Origin: Vitrella brassicaformis CCMP3155
Taxonomy: Eukaryota > Protista > Chromerida
DNA length: 64,000 nucleotides
Reading direction: 5' to 3'
NCBI GenBank assembly: GCA_001179505.1
Contig: CDMY01000531.1
Location: 124,001 to 188,000, forward strand
This document shows, piece by piece, positions 35,201 through 48,075 of this stretch (the stretch's first letter is position 1; every line of letters starts with the position of its first letter). A program made the position numbers and the translations under genes. The notes under the pieces are model-generated. The model ran no database searches, was not told the origin of the DNA, and saw only the letters and a program-made list of their open reading frames with translations.

Positions 35201-36961
35201 AGGCGCCGCGACTTTCAGAGGACGCGGAGCGTTCTGGCGGGGACGTGGGTCGGGAAGGCCATCGCCAGAACCTGCGAGGCCATTGTCAAGACCAGCACCG
35301 CCATCGCCAAGCTCCCTGACGGTGCAATTCCTGAAGACGGTAGGCCATAGCTGCACAGCACATACGCACAAGCACAGACGTGGCAGTCATCGGTTGGCGC
35401 CGGGCCGTTGTCAGGGCCTCTCGCAGCCGCAACCCCAGCCTCAGCTGTCTGCCCCCCCAGCCACCCTCCCCACCACCCTCCCCACCACCCTCCCCACGAC
35501 CTCCCACCCGTCCATCCCCTCACCCTCACCCACCAGCCCTCCCCGCACCACCACCACCAATGGACCCGCCAGCCCGACGGTCACGCACACCACTTCCACT
35601 ACCCCGCCCTCTTCGCCCTCGGCACCCCCGACAGGCACAAACACAGACGGTGACCTGGACCGTGGCGGGCATGACAAAGCGAGGGTGTCAGAAAGGGAGA
35701 GGGAGAGGGCGGCATCGTCGATCGCCCAGCCAGGCCACCGGGGAGGGGGCCACCCCGGCTGGCAGCTGGGTCGTCACCAAGTCGGTGTCCGGCCTTGTGC
35801 AGGCTGGCGTGGGTCGGGAGAAGGTGCGGGCCAACGTGCAGCGAGACTCGGACACGCTGCGGCTGCTGTACTTTGCCGCCAGCGACATCCGGCAGCACCG
35901 GCTGCCCGATCTCCTGCACGGCCGGCGGTACACAGGGGTGAGGCGGTGTGTGCCTGAGTGGCCGGGGTTCCTCAGCCAAGAGGAGCTGGCGGCGGGCAAG
36001 GTGGCGATGAGGGAGGCGCGGGAGGGAGGGGCGGCTGTGAATAAGCGCATGACGGACCTGGTGGCTGAGGAGGGGGTTTGTTACGTGATGGGCATGGTTG
36101 TGGGCACGACGGACAGAAGTAAGTAAAGCGGAACGGACACAAAAGGAAGGAACGTGCCACACGTACGCGCGCACGAGCCGTCACTGTGTGTGTCATGCAT
36201 GCAGGGGGCCACGTATTCGGTGCCGACACCGTGGACCACTTGTGCCGGCCCCCCATCCCCAGCCGCCGCCCCCCTGGACCGCTGCTGCGCGGCGCCGTGT
36301 CGGTCAACATGGTCCTCGCCCTTCTCCACATCCACCGCCACCACCACATCACACACAACGACTTCCACTACCGGAATGTGCACATTGTGGCGGACCTGGA
36401 GACGGGCGAGGTCATGGTCATCGACTTCGAGAGCGCGCGCCACATGCAGTCGGAGGAACTGGAGAGCCCCGTCGATTTCTCTCGTGTCTCGGTGCGCCAC
36501 CTCGACACCACACTGGACCGGCGGGAGGTGGTCGACGAGACGGTCATCTACGCCACCGACTGCATTGGGGCGGCCTCCTCCTTCATGCTGCTGGCGTCCC
36601 CGACAGACGCCACCGCCAAGGGCGTCAAAAAACTGGCCGAGACGGAGCTGGAAGAGCTCCTCAAGGAGTGCGAGGCGGCCCGCAGCCAGCAGGGCGAAGG
36701 GGAGGCGGCCCAGGCGACGCGCGAGGGCGCCAGGGAGGCATACAAGGCAACGGTCGCCAGCATCGCAGCGGCGGCCAGCAGCCACATCGAGGAGGCCATC
36801 GAGGCCTCTGAGCAGCCCGAGGCGGCCAAGTGGCAGTGGAAGGCCCTCGGCGCCCTCAGCGTCCAGCTGTATCGCGAGCTGGGGATGGGCCACGCTGATG
36901 GGATGGGGCACGTGGAGATGTGGGCGAGACTGGATAAGTTCTACAATGATACCATGACTGG
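35201..36961 (+). CDS. Divergent protein-kinase-like protein, multi-exon (boundaries approximate)
   Basis: LLHIHRHHHITHNDFHYRNVHI (HxDxxxxN catalytic loop) and VMVIDFESA (DFG-equivalent). The upstream exon has WVVTKSV and VCYVMGMV as candidate N-lobe and hinge elements. Confidence 0.65.
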
Positions 36962-38899
36962 TAAGACAACACACACACACACACACACTGACGGAGATCA
37001 GGCAAGGGAGGAAGAAAAGCAGATGATGTGTCATTGGCCTGGTGGGTGTATGTGCGTCTTGCTTTCCTGCATGCAGAGCTCTTCCCAGCTGCGTAGACAA
37101 GTTGGTGGTGGCGGTGGTGCACCTCAGCGCTTCGAGACCGATCAGTGGGGGGTCGGTGCCAGCAATGGAGGATTGGTCAGTCGATTGCTGCCTACATTTT
37201 ATATCTTGAGGACTATTTCTCTCATGTATCGGTGGACCAGCTCGACGCCACACTCGAGGGGCGGGAGGTGGCTGACGAGGCGATCACGTACGCCACAGAT
37301 TCGTGTGTGTACCGAGACACATTCGTGCGTGCATCCGTTTGTGTCTTCTGATTGTGTTCCCTGGTTTGCAGTGTGTTGGGAACCGTTGTGCGGTGAAGAG
37401 CCCCCCTCGTCACCCGACACCTCGCCAAGGCGTCGCCCAGGTATCTTACCCACACACATCCGTATCTCCCCTCTCTGCTTTCTTTCTTATGTCGTCGTTC
37501 TTTTCACTCTTCCTCAGAAAGACGCAATGAGACCGACAACGACGACGAGACCACCAAGAAGGACGGTGACGACACCAAGAAGGACCCCGACGCCGCCTTC
37601 CCGACGCTGCAGCGGTCGGTCTCTCCGCCGCACTCGCCCACTCACCGGCAGACAGCCCATTTCCCCCGACCAGCCGGCCGCGGCGTCTCCCGGCCGCCGC
37701 CGCTCCTTCTATCTCAGATTGCCTCAGAGTCTGTGTCCAGCCTTCCTGTCGGGAGGGGGAACGGGCCGGGATGCGCCGCATGAGGATCTCAAGGTGTGCC
37801 GGAGGAAAAGGCGAACCATTTTGACAGCGGCCGCGGGTCACAGCGTGACACTGAATGAGGAGCAGATCTTTCAGCAGGTCAAGCGAGCTGATGAACATGA
37901 TGCCTCAGTGGCAACCGCTGCCTACACTTTATATGTCGCCGGCTCTATTCTTCACGTCTCCGCCTGTCTCCGACCAAGTGCGAGCCGTGCATAGCCTGTC
38001 AACCAAGAGGGTCCCTCTGAAGAGAGAGACGGCGGAGGATGCAACAAACAAGGGTGGGTGGTAGGTGGGTTGGGGCAAGGAGGGACAGCGGGTGTGGTGT
38101 TGGGAAAAAAGGATGGATGCCAACCTGTTCTTGATACGTGTCTCTCTGTCTGTCTGTCTGTCTGCCTGTGTCTGTTTGTCAGCTGAATGGACGGCCGCAC
38201 GTGACATGTTTGGCCCCGCACGGCCAAGCCAAAGCACATACGTGGAGATGTGACCTGTGGGAGGATGGGAAGGAGACGGATGCCTCATATGCGGCCATGC
38301 AACTCCCTCAGCTATCAGCGTTCCCATTTCCCCCAACGGACAACGAAGACGCCGAGCTGCCCGACGGCATTGTGGGGGAGAGGGTCAAGCGGGCCATCCG
38401 TCATGGAATGATATGGACACAGCCACCGCTTATCTCACGCCGTTGTCGTCAACAGCTCTGCAGGCAGCAAAGGCAAGTGAGCGTTGTTGTCTGTCGTCAG
38501 ACAGCATGTACGGCCAGCCAGGCGGTGGCCCCGGTCCGCCGATGAGCCTCGTCACACGGGGCGTCCCGGTGCGATGGGTGCCGATGGCCAGCCCAGTGAC
38601 CATCTCTGCAGAGGTCGGCAGCAAGGCCTTCAGCTCCAGCATGGCTTTCCAGGACGACGTGTCAGCACTCGGTAAGCTGAGAACATCTGTTGCGGCGGTC
38701 AATGCAATGTGGACCGTGCATGCCACTGCGTTTCGTTTGCATGCATCAAGATATGGTGTGGCAGAGATCGTGGACGAGCGCAGCGGGCCCTCATCGAATG
38801 ATATGGACACCGATGGTACACCATTGCAAGCCGTTCCCGAACGAACGAATGAATCTTTTTGTCTCCACTGCTTACTGCACTGCAGATATCGTGAGCGAG

Positions 38900-40350
38900 G
38901 AGCCCCGTGAAGCGACGAGCGTGAGTAGCGTGACGACCAAGAAGAAATCGAAGAGCCCGAAAGGTAATACTATGGGCACTTGGGAGATAGATCAGCACAA
39001 TGTGTTCATCCAATTGTGCTGCGTTGCTATGGTGCCCAGGTGTGTCTAGTTTTGTCGTTGCTGAAGTGGCGCATCAGGTGCGGGGCAAGAGGAAGCGCAC
39101 GCCCAAGAAGCTACCCGAAGACGGTATGGAGACAGACATACAGATAGACATAGAACAAAGCTGCACCTGCCACCCCATCAGCCGGCCTGATCGGTGTGCT
39201 TTCTGCCATGTATCTTAATTCCATTGATACATACAGAGGTGGACCCCACCAAGGGCCGGCTGCTCAACGGTGGCCTACACCTACCGCCAGCCCGTCCCCG
39301 TCGCACGCAAAGGAAGAAGGCCGCCATGCAATCAAAAGTCCAGGAGGAGCGGCCCCCCATGCTCAAGTCATCGCAGCCCCTCCCCACCTGCCCCACCCCT
39401 CACACCCCAGACCATCTCCTGCCCCCCACCCACCAGGCCGACACCGAGATTGTGGTCAAAGATGGCTAACGAGAAAGCCGACCGTCTGGCCATGCCCCCA
39501 CCGCCACTGCCCGAAGGCTTCGTCGTCAAGAAGGCACCGGCCACCAAGAAGGCGGCCAGCAAGCCGAAGCCGAAACCCAAGGCCAAGAAGAGGAGCAAGA
39601 GGGCCAAGGTGACCAAGGAGGAGAGGGAGGCGGCGACCAAGGAGAGGCAGGAGGCGAAGATGCGCCATTGGAACCACCAAAGCTTCATGAAAGAGCACGG
39701 CTGGAAGCGACAGCTGGACCCCCTCTACCTGCCGGGCCACTCGTGGCCGTCGAGGGAGCTCTCTGCGCGCCGCGCCAGAGAGAGGGCGGAGGCCGGCGAC
39801 CACGACAGCTCCGATGAGGACGATGACGGCGGACAGTGGGCACACAAAGGTAGGTAGATACGTGGATGGAACGGCGAGACAACGATTTGTGTGTGTGTCT
39901 GTGTGTGTGTCTGTGTATGTGTCTCAGGCGGCGTGTCTTTGGCGAGGAGGCGGACACTGAGATGCCCTCGTTCAAAAGGGCGCGTGTCAAGACTGGGGGG
40001 GCATGGGGATGGGAGCGGCGACGGCAATTCGGTGCGGAGCACCGCCAGCGTGCCATCGTGGGCCGGGCGATATGGGTCGGGGCTTCTGACGGAGAGAGAG
40101 GAAGATGACGACACGGGCATGGGCTGTGGACACCCAGCTGACGGAGGGCCACGCGGATGGTATCAGAGGGGAGCTGCCGGGATGGGGCGGGTTAAGGCTG
40201 GCCAGCGAGGATTGTGATATGGATGATGACCTGGCGATTCAGTCTCCCATGGCCGCCCCGTGGCCGACACTGCAAGAAGACGGCGAGCAGGACCACCTCA
40301 GTGACGATGACCTGTTGCATGATGACCCGTTTGCATTCATGTGCGAGTGA
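38900..40350 (+). CDS. Hypothetical Lys/Arg-rich and acidic low-complexity protein (boundaries uncertain)
   Basis: Segments TKKKSKSPK, VRGKRKRTPKKLPED, KKAPATKKAASKPKPKPKAKKRSKR..MRHWNHQSFMKEHGWKR and an acidic end DDDLLHDDPFAFMCE*. Exon joins are not fully resolved. Confidence 0.35.
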
Positions 40351-40935
40351 CAACACACCGCGTAGCGCAGCAGCACGGTCTCCATGGGCGCTAAGTGCCG
40401 AATCGAGGGGCTGACTGCCTATATTTTATGTTTGAGGTTTCTGACAATGTGTCTATCGCTGCTTACATTTTATATCTCTGTCCGTGCTTATGAGATGATA
40501 CTCATGGATGGGAGACATGTTGGACGATGGACGACGAGCGATGCCCATTCCCCATTTCTCCCTGTGCTCGCACTCACAGGTTGTCGTCGAACCACATACG
40601 GTGCGAACCGCATTCACTCATTCATGGAATGTCTCCCCGCTTCACATAGTACACAGCACAGCCACATCGATCCGTATATGTAGCAAAGATCCGTCCGTGC
40701 AGCCACCCATACAAATGGTCTCTGCCGACACACGGCACGACATCTCCTCGATGCATGCATACCGCCCGCCGTCACACACGCAGGCAGCCACGGAACGTTA
40801 CAAATCTCACTCACGCGGCCATCCATCCATAGACAGGCTGAGAAAAAGACCGTTGCCCAGCAAATGACTAATTAGCCCCCCTCCCGTCTCCCTCTCTGCC
40901 TGCCATGAGTCTCCGGACTGTCGACATGCAGCACG

Positions 40936-42087
40936 TTACATGTCTTCGGGCAGGTCTTGTCGGGAGTGGAAGAGGTTTGAGGGGATGTTGCCCGTCAAGG
41001 GGGGCAGCGGCGTGAGCGGCTGCACGCCCAGCTGCGTCTCGAGCTTGCGGATCTTGATGACCAGCTCGCGATCCGTCGGCTCCAAACTGTGCAGCCTGAT
41101 CAGAGACGTGGGACGTCAAGCCATCGCAGGTGTAGGCCGATGGCTGCGCACTGACCTTCTGCAATAGTCGAGAGCCTCCTCGGGGCATCCCAGCTTCTCA
41201 GACAGGTCAGCCAGCATGTTCAGCCCACCCTGAGACAGCAGACACATCACACACATCAGACACATCCGCCGTTCGTGAGTGTGGTTCCTTCTTCCCCGCC
41301 CACCGACGGACCCTGTTGTCAGGCTGGAGCCGCAGTACTTGTTCGAACATGTGGTGCGCCTCCTGGAACTTGTTGTGCTTCTTCTTGACCACACCCATGC
41401 CGAACAACGCCCCAACGCTATGCGGGTCGCGCTCGTGCGCTATCTGGAAACAATCTGAACGACAGACAAACAGATACGTCCGGGCACTTGACGCGTTGGT
41501 GCCGGTGTGTGTGGATGTGTGTGTGGTGTTGGTGCCCGGCTGACCGAGAGCTTCGTTGTCTTGGTTCATCTTCTGGTGAGTGCCGCCCCTTTTGTACCAG
41601 TGGGCGTAGGACGAGGGGTCGTGGTCACACGCCTCGCGGAAGAACAACAGCGCCTGATCGATCAGACGGGCAGACAGAGATGGATGATGCCATCCTACGT
41701 GAAGCGTGAGAGCGCTGCGCACCTTCTCGTTGACATCCCTGTCGTCGTGTAGGTTGTTCTCCAGCGTCACCTCGCCAATCTCATGACACACCTCAGCCAA
41801 CTTCTGCACACACACACAGACGTACACACGCGCCTCGCACCACTCTCACTGTCCCCTGCCCACCCACTCACCAGCTCAATCTCCTTCCTCTTAGCCTCAT
41901 TGTGCTCGACACTGTCGGTGGACACCACGTGGCTGCCCTGGGCCAGGTACTTGAGGTTCTCGAGCATCATCTCGCGGCACTTGCCGTAGGCGTGGAGGGC
42001 CAGGGGGAAATCGGACGGCCGCCCCTCCTCCAACATGCGCTGGCGGTAGAACCGGGCACGGCTCAGCGCCTCCTCGGGCGTCTCTGT

Positions 42088-42123
<36 letters not shown>

Positions 42124-42347
42124 GTATTGATGTGCTCTGTGCGTGGGTTTGGTGAAGACGAGCACGGCGTACCGTAGTCTTGAAACGTGAGTGGGTGCCT
42201 GCAGCACCTGGTTATCGACTGGCAGCCGCCCCCATTGGTGACGTACACAACTGCAAGACGCACACACACACACACACCCCCATGGGCAATCAACCACAGC
42301 AGAGTGTGACGTGCGCCGCGTACTGTCTGCGGCTCCAGCGCTGTCAT
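40936..42347 (-). CDS. TPR-repeat protein, multi-exon (5' end uncertain)
   Basis: ALLFFREACDHDPSSYAHWYKRG, DCFQIAHERDPHSVGALFGMGVV..FQEAHHMFEQVLRLQPDNR, GGLNMLADL..EEALDYCRR|LHSLEP. TAA at 40936-40938. Confidence 0.75.
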
Positions 42348-42946
42348 TGAATTGCGGCGTCCGTATCTGGGCTGACTCGGGCGGGTAGAGACAGCCCTCG
42401 CCACGTGACTGCAGAGAGATGCAACACACACACACACAACAGAGACCAGGGAGAGACAATGACAACCACGATTTGCTGTCATCTTTGCTGCGTCTGCACT
42501 GTACTCAGCTGGGCTGGCTACAGGACCGGCTGACTCAGAGCTCTTCTGCTGTTCTGTTCTTTCTGTTCTTCTCTATGTGACCTGTGCGTCTGGCTCAGCT
42601 ACTGGAGTTGAACAGTTGCAGAATACCATTTCATTCCCCATCCTTTGTCCTTTGTCGGCCACAGCAACAGAGGCTCTTTCGTTTTCACCCCTTCTCGGCT
42701 TCGAGCTCGCCCAAACAGCTCGCAGTCGAGCGAAGAAATGGCGCTCCATCGTTCCCTTCTTCTCACCACAGCAACAGACCTGCAAGCCAGCCTGCCACAC
42801 ACAAGAGACCGCCAACCTTCGGAGACTTCGTGAGCTCTTCTTTCCCCTCACTCATTTAAGAGCAGCGAGCAGTGGCAGTGGTGTAGGGCGGGCCCAGAGA
42901 GTCTGCGTGCGTTGGAGGGTTGTGACTCAATCGACTCAAGCAATCC

Positions 42947-45900
42947 ATGTCGACGGTAGAGGACCAGAACGGCGAGCAGCCCAGCGCTCGCTTCGGCCAT
43001 ACGACGACAGTCGTCGGCGGCACACGCGTCATTCTGTTCGGAGGGGCCACCGGAGGTCAGTGAGTGAAACAGAATTGACGGGCAATGAGGCGAGAATCGT
43101 GAAGTGCATGTGGTCATCTGTTTTGTTTTGTGTGGGTGTGCGTGTGTTGTGTGTTTGTGGGGTGTGTGTGTGTGTGTGTCTGTGGGTGTGTGCAGATGCC
43201 GGGAGATACACCATCACGGCTGATGCGTATGCGCTTGACTTGTCGTCGAACACTTGGCAGAAGATACAGCCAGACGGTAGGATGAAAGCTCTCTTAAGAT
43301 GCCCACCCGTCGGCCAACCATTGCCATTGCATGTGTGTGTGTGTGTGATGCAGGCACTGCTCCAGCTGCACGCGCTGCTCACGCAGCGGGTCAGCAAGGG
43401 AGGGAGGGAGGGAGAGGGAGGCCGTATAGGTCTTGTAGCTAAGTAGATGGGAAGATCTCTTCCTTCATCTCATCTTTCTTCCCGATGTCTTCGTGCGTGT
43501 GGTGCAGCGTGTGTGGATCAGTTCCAGCTGGTCATCTACGGGGGCGCAACGGGGGGAGGCTCACTCTCATCAGACGAGGTAGGTACCGACCGACGGACGG
43601 GCGTGAGCTCACACACACACAAATCCCCTGCCCAATGAATGACCTTTGTGGTGACTGTGCATGATCACTGTGTGTGTGTGTGGCTTGTCTGTCGCAGCTG
43701 TATTTGTTGGATTTTCGCAACGACCAGTCCGCGTGGATGCTGGTGCCCGTCCTGGGCAACACACCCGGGCGCAGATATGGTCAGTCAGTGGGCACACACA
43801 CACACACACGCACACAGACACACACACAGACTCACACAGAGGCCTGTGTGTGCGCGCGTGTGTGTGTGTAGGTCACACGATGGTATTTCACAAGCCGTTG
43901 CTGATAGTGTTTGGCGGCAACAACGGGCAGACGGCCGAGAACGACATCTGGTACCTCGACGTCGAGAGGGCACCTTTCCAGGTAGGTATACACACAGACA
44001 CACACACGGAGAGAGAGCACGAGGCGAGCATTGTGTGTCATGTGTCTGTGTGTAATCTAGTGGAACAAGGTTCAGTTGGCGGCGGGGGCCAAGGCACCGA
44101 TGCCGCGCGTCTACCACGCTGCTGAGGTGCGTTTCGTATGGGCGGCCATGTGCATGGCAATGACGTCCTCCCGCACTCGCCCACGCCCTCTTCTCTTTGT
44201 GTTGGCGTGTGTGCAGGTGTGCCAAGAGGGGCCGGCCAACGGCATGATGGTAAGGAACCACACAGACTCTCTCGAGGCAAGAAACTCCTGTGTTCTCATC
44301 TCATCGGCACCCACCCTTGCTGCCGTCCGTCCATGTGCTGACCTTCAGGTGGTCTTTGGAGGCCGCACGGGCGATAACAAGTAAACCACCGCCGCGCAAC
44401 GAGAGAGCAATGAGTGAGGCTTTTCACGTGTGTCGGGTCATGCAGGTCGTTGAAGGATGCGTGGGGTCTGCGTCAGCACCGTGACGGCCGGTGGGACTGG
44501 GTGGAGGCGCCCACCAAGAAGGGGTCGTCGCCAGAGCCGAGATTCCAACACTGTGTGTGAACACGCTTGAGCAAACCAACACCTCTCACATACCTACTGT
44601 GGTTGAGTTGAGCCTTTTCTGTCTTTGTGCGCGTTGGACTGGATGGCATTCAGCTGCGGTGTTCTTTGGCCCGAAGTTGCTGATAGTGGGCGGCAGAGGG
44701 GACGATGTCACCAAGTTAGCTGACGGGCATCCGTCGGTCGATATGTAATCACTGTGATGTCACTCACTCACTGCAGGAGTTTGCCGACGAGTGTGTACGA
44801 CACGGAAACGTGCGAGTGGAAGAACCTCATCTCCATCAACAGGGTACGGCACGGCACGGCACCCTCTCACACACCAAGACGGAACCATTTCCGCTCGCTG
44901 CACTCACGTGTGTGTCGGCTGTCGTCGTGTCAGTTTCGGCACAGCTCATGGCACCTCTCGTCCCTGCTCTTTGCCTACGGCGGCTTCAACCACAAGCACC
45001 CGTCCGCACCCACTGCCGACCTGCAGGTCATCGACCTCACCCAGCAGCCCGAGCTGGGCGTCACTCGCAAAAGCACACCAGCGGCGCCCACTGCCGGCCG
45101 GGCCGCGGCGTTGCCCGAGACCCCACCGACCATCGGGAGGGGGCTGGGGCCTGCACAGGCGCCCGGCACTGCACCCCCTGGCAACTTGGCCAGAAGGTGA
45201 GTGAGGTGGTTGTGTGCAAGCACTGTGATATGGCCTGTGAATCTGTCTGTCTGTCTGTCTGTTTATCTGTGTGTCTGTGTCTGTGTCTGTGTGTGTGTCA
45301 GCCCCACTCCCCCCCGGTTGGCTGGGACCGCCCAGGCGGCCAACAGGCGGAAGGAGCTCGTGGGACAGGTATGTGGTGTGTGTGGGTGGGTGTGTGTGCG
45401 TCGGCTTGCCTGCCACAGACAGAGAGAGCCGTGATGATGTGTAATGTGTAGGACATCCGCATAGCCCACCAGGTGTATGTGGGCGTCCCGAAGGAGTTCT
45501 CCGCTCTCGTCAGGAAGGTACCTACCACGCCCGTCACGGGCACACAGAGCGAGACAGACGCCTCTCTCACGTCGCATGTGTCTGTCTGTCTGTCTGTTGC
45601 TTAGATCTCGATTGACAAGTTGGAGGACGAGGGCAAGAAGATCAACAAGCAGGCCAGCCCCCTGGCCATCGTCCACGAACACGACGGGCCAGGCATACAC
45701 AACAGGGTCATCAAGGAACTCCTCAAGGTCACCAACCCCCCCCCCCCACACACACACACACAGCTCAGCTTGTGTGTCTTGACAGCCTGGTGAGGATTAC
45801 GAGTCAAGTGTGGGTGACGACTCGTTCATTCTTGATGCGCGCGAGGTGGCCGACCTCTGCGACCAGGTATACCGGTGCACATCAGCCTCACACCACAACT

Positions 45901-48075
45901 TGCACATCGAGTGTGTGTGTGTGTGTGGTCAGACTTTTGACCATATTCAGAAGGAGCCGATGATGCTCCGACTACGAGCACCCATCAAGGGTACGTCTCT
46001 GGGGGGGGAGGGGGAGAGGGGGAGGGGCCGGCCACCAGACACACCCACACTGCCTCTCTCTCTCTGTCTGTGTGTGTGTGTGTGTGCAGTGTATGGCGAC
46101 ATCCACGGCCAGTTCCCGGACCTGATGCGTCTGTTCAAGGCGTTCAAGGCGCCGCACGACCTCAACGAGGATGGCGACATCGACACGCTCGACTACCTCT
46201 TCCTCGGAGACTACGTCGACAGGGGCGCTTACAGGTGAGTGCCCCGCCCCCATCGATGAGATGAGTGTGTGTGGGTCACCCGCACGGGCTGTTTCTTCTC
46301 TTGTCAATCGGTCAGCCTGGAGACCATGTGTCTGCTCTTCGCTCTCAAGGTGAGAGACCTCCCTCCCGGCCTGACGTCGCCTTCATCTGTGTGTGGTGGA
46401 TGTGTGTGGTGGATGTGTGTGTGCAGTGTCGGTACCCTGCCCAGATCCACCTCATCCGGGGCAACCACGAGGACCGCACCATCAACCAGATCTACGGCTT
46501 CAGGGACGAGTGCAGAAGGCGACTCGGCGAAGGTGCGCGCTCGGCTGGGCACCTCATTGATTGGTTTGATGGGTCGTCGTCGTGTTTCGCCGGTTCTGCA
46601 TTCAGACCCCGACCACCACGCGTCGTGCTGGAGCAAGTTCAACAAGTGCTTCGAGTGGATGTCTGTCGGGGCGATCATCGAAGTAAGTAACGAAACCAAC
46701 ACGACACCGCCACACACTCGCGAATGGTTGCCTTTGCCCTGCCCTGCAGCACCGTATTCTGTGCATCCACGGCGGCATCGGTGGCGCCATCCACACCTTG
46801 GACGACATCGGCTCGATGCAGCGGCCGCTCGTCGTGGCGCAGGTGCCCTCCACCGATCAGGAGCAGAAAGTCACTGACCTACTGTGGAGCGACCCAACGG
46901 TAAGTCCACGCCGTCCCCCCCCCCCCCCCCCCCCCCCCCNNNNNNNNNNNNNNNNNNNNNNNNNNNNNNNNNNNNNNNNNNNNNNNNNNNNNNNNNNNNN
47001 NNNNNNNNNNNNNNNNNNNNNNNNNNNNNNNNNNNNNNNNNNNNNNNNNNNNNNNNNNNNNNNNNNNNNNNNNNNNNNNNNNNNNNNNNNNNNNNNNNNN
47101 NNNNNNNNNNNNNNNNNNNNNNNNNNNNNNNNNNNNNNNNNNNNNNNNNNNNNNNNNNNNNNNNNNNNNNNNNNNNNNNNNNNNNNNNNNNNNNNNNNNN
47201 NNNNNNNNNNNNNNNNNNNNNNNNNNNNNNNNNNNNNNNCCCCCCCCACACACACACACACGTCGCCTTCATCTGTGTGTGGTGTGTGGTGAATGATGGT
47301 CGCAGGACAATGACTCGATAGAGGGCGTGACGGTCAACGAGACGAGGGACCCTGACGGCAGCGGACGGATCGTCAAATTCGGTCAGACAGGGAGGGAGAG
47401 GATTGCTATACTATGTGTGGTTGTCAAAAAGAATGTGTGTGTGGCATTCTCGTGTGTGTGTGTGTGTGTGTGCAGGTCCCGATCGTGTTCACGAGTTCCT
47501 GAAGAGCAACGACCTTTCCATGATCATTCGGTGAGACCTACCTGTCCCTCCCTCCCTCATGCGGATGAGGCTGACGTGTTGGGCCGGTGTTGTATTGTGC
47601 TGTGCAGGGCCCACGAGTGCGTCATGGACGGATTCGAGCGATTCGCGGGCGGCAAACTCATCACCCTTTTCTCGGGTGAGTAAACCACACAGACACACGC
47701 ACACACCCCAACCCCACACACGCCGCGCCTTGATGCCTCCTTGTCTCGTGTTGAATCGTGTGTGTCACCACACACACAGCGACTGACTATTGCGGCCACC
47801 ACAAGAACGCCGGTGCGTTGCTCTTTATCCGGCGGGACCTCACTGTCGTGCCCAAGATCATATACCCCACCGAACGGAGCCATGCTGTCTGGTACGAATG
47901 TGGGGGTGCGTCAACAACACCCAACCACACACACACACACGGTTGACATGTACCTTTGTTTGTGTGTCGGGGTGTGTGTGTGTGTGTGTGCAGGGACAGT
48001 GCCATCACCCAGGCGCGTCCCCCCACCCCCCCGCGGCCATTGCCGAGAGCGAGGAGGGAGGACTTCCCTTCGTGA
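42947..48075 (+). CDS. PPKL: Kelch-repeat Ser/Thr protein phosphatase (PPKL / BSU1-like), multi-exon
   Basis: Kelch repeats ([33 protein letters not shown]). PPP motifs [44 protein letters not shown]-terminal RPPTPPR, with TGA at 48073-48075. Confidence 0.95.
46940..47239. other. Assembly gap (300 N) flanked by poly-C, inside a PPKL intron
   Basis: N run with C homopolymers on both sides, directly after the donor following DLLWSDPT. Confidence 0.95.

Larger units (their letters stand above)
33472..40476. repeat. Dispersed 17-20 bp motif (GCT)GCCTACATTTTATATC, six copies
   Basis: Copies at 33472-33488, 34641-34660, 37186-37205, 37917-37937, 40415-40430 and 40458-40476, each with 0-3 mismatches. 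Confidence 0.85.

Noticed and set aside
46857-47321. Poly-Pro and poly-Gly ORFs across the N gaps, including the 59675 start of the long MORN ORF
   Set aside because: Artefacts of translating poly-C tracts and Ns.
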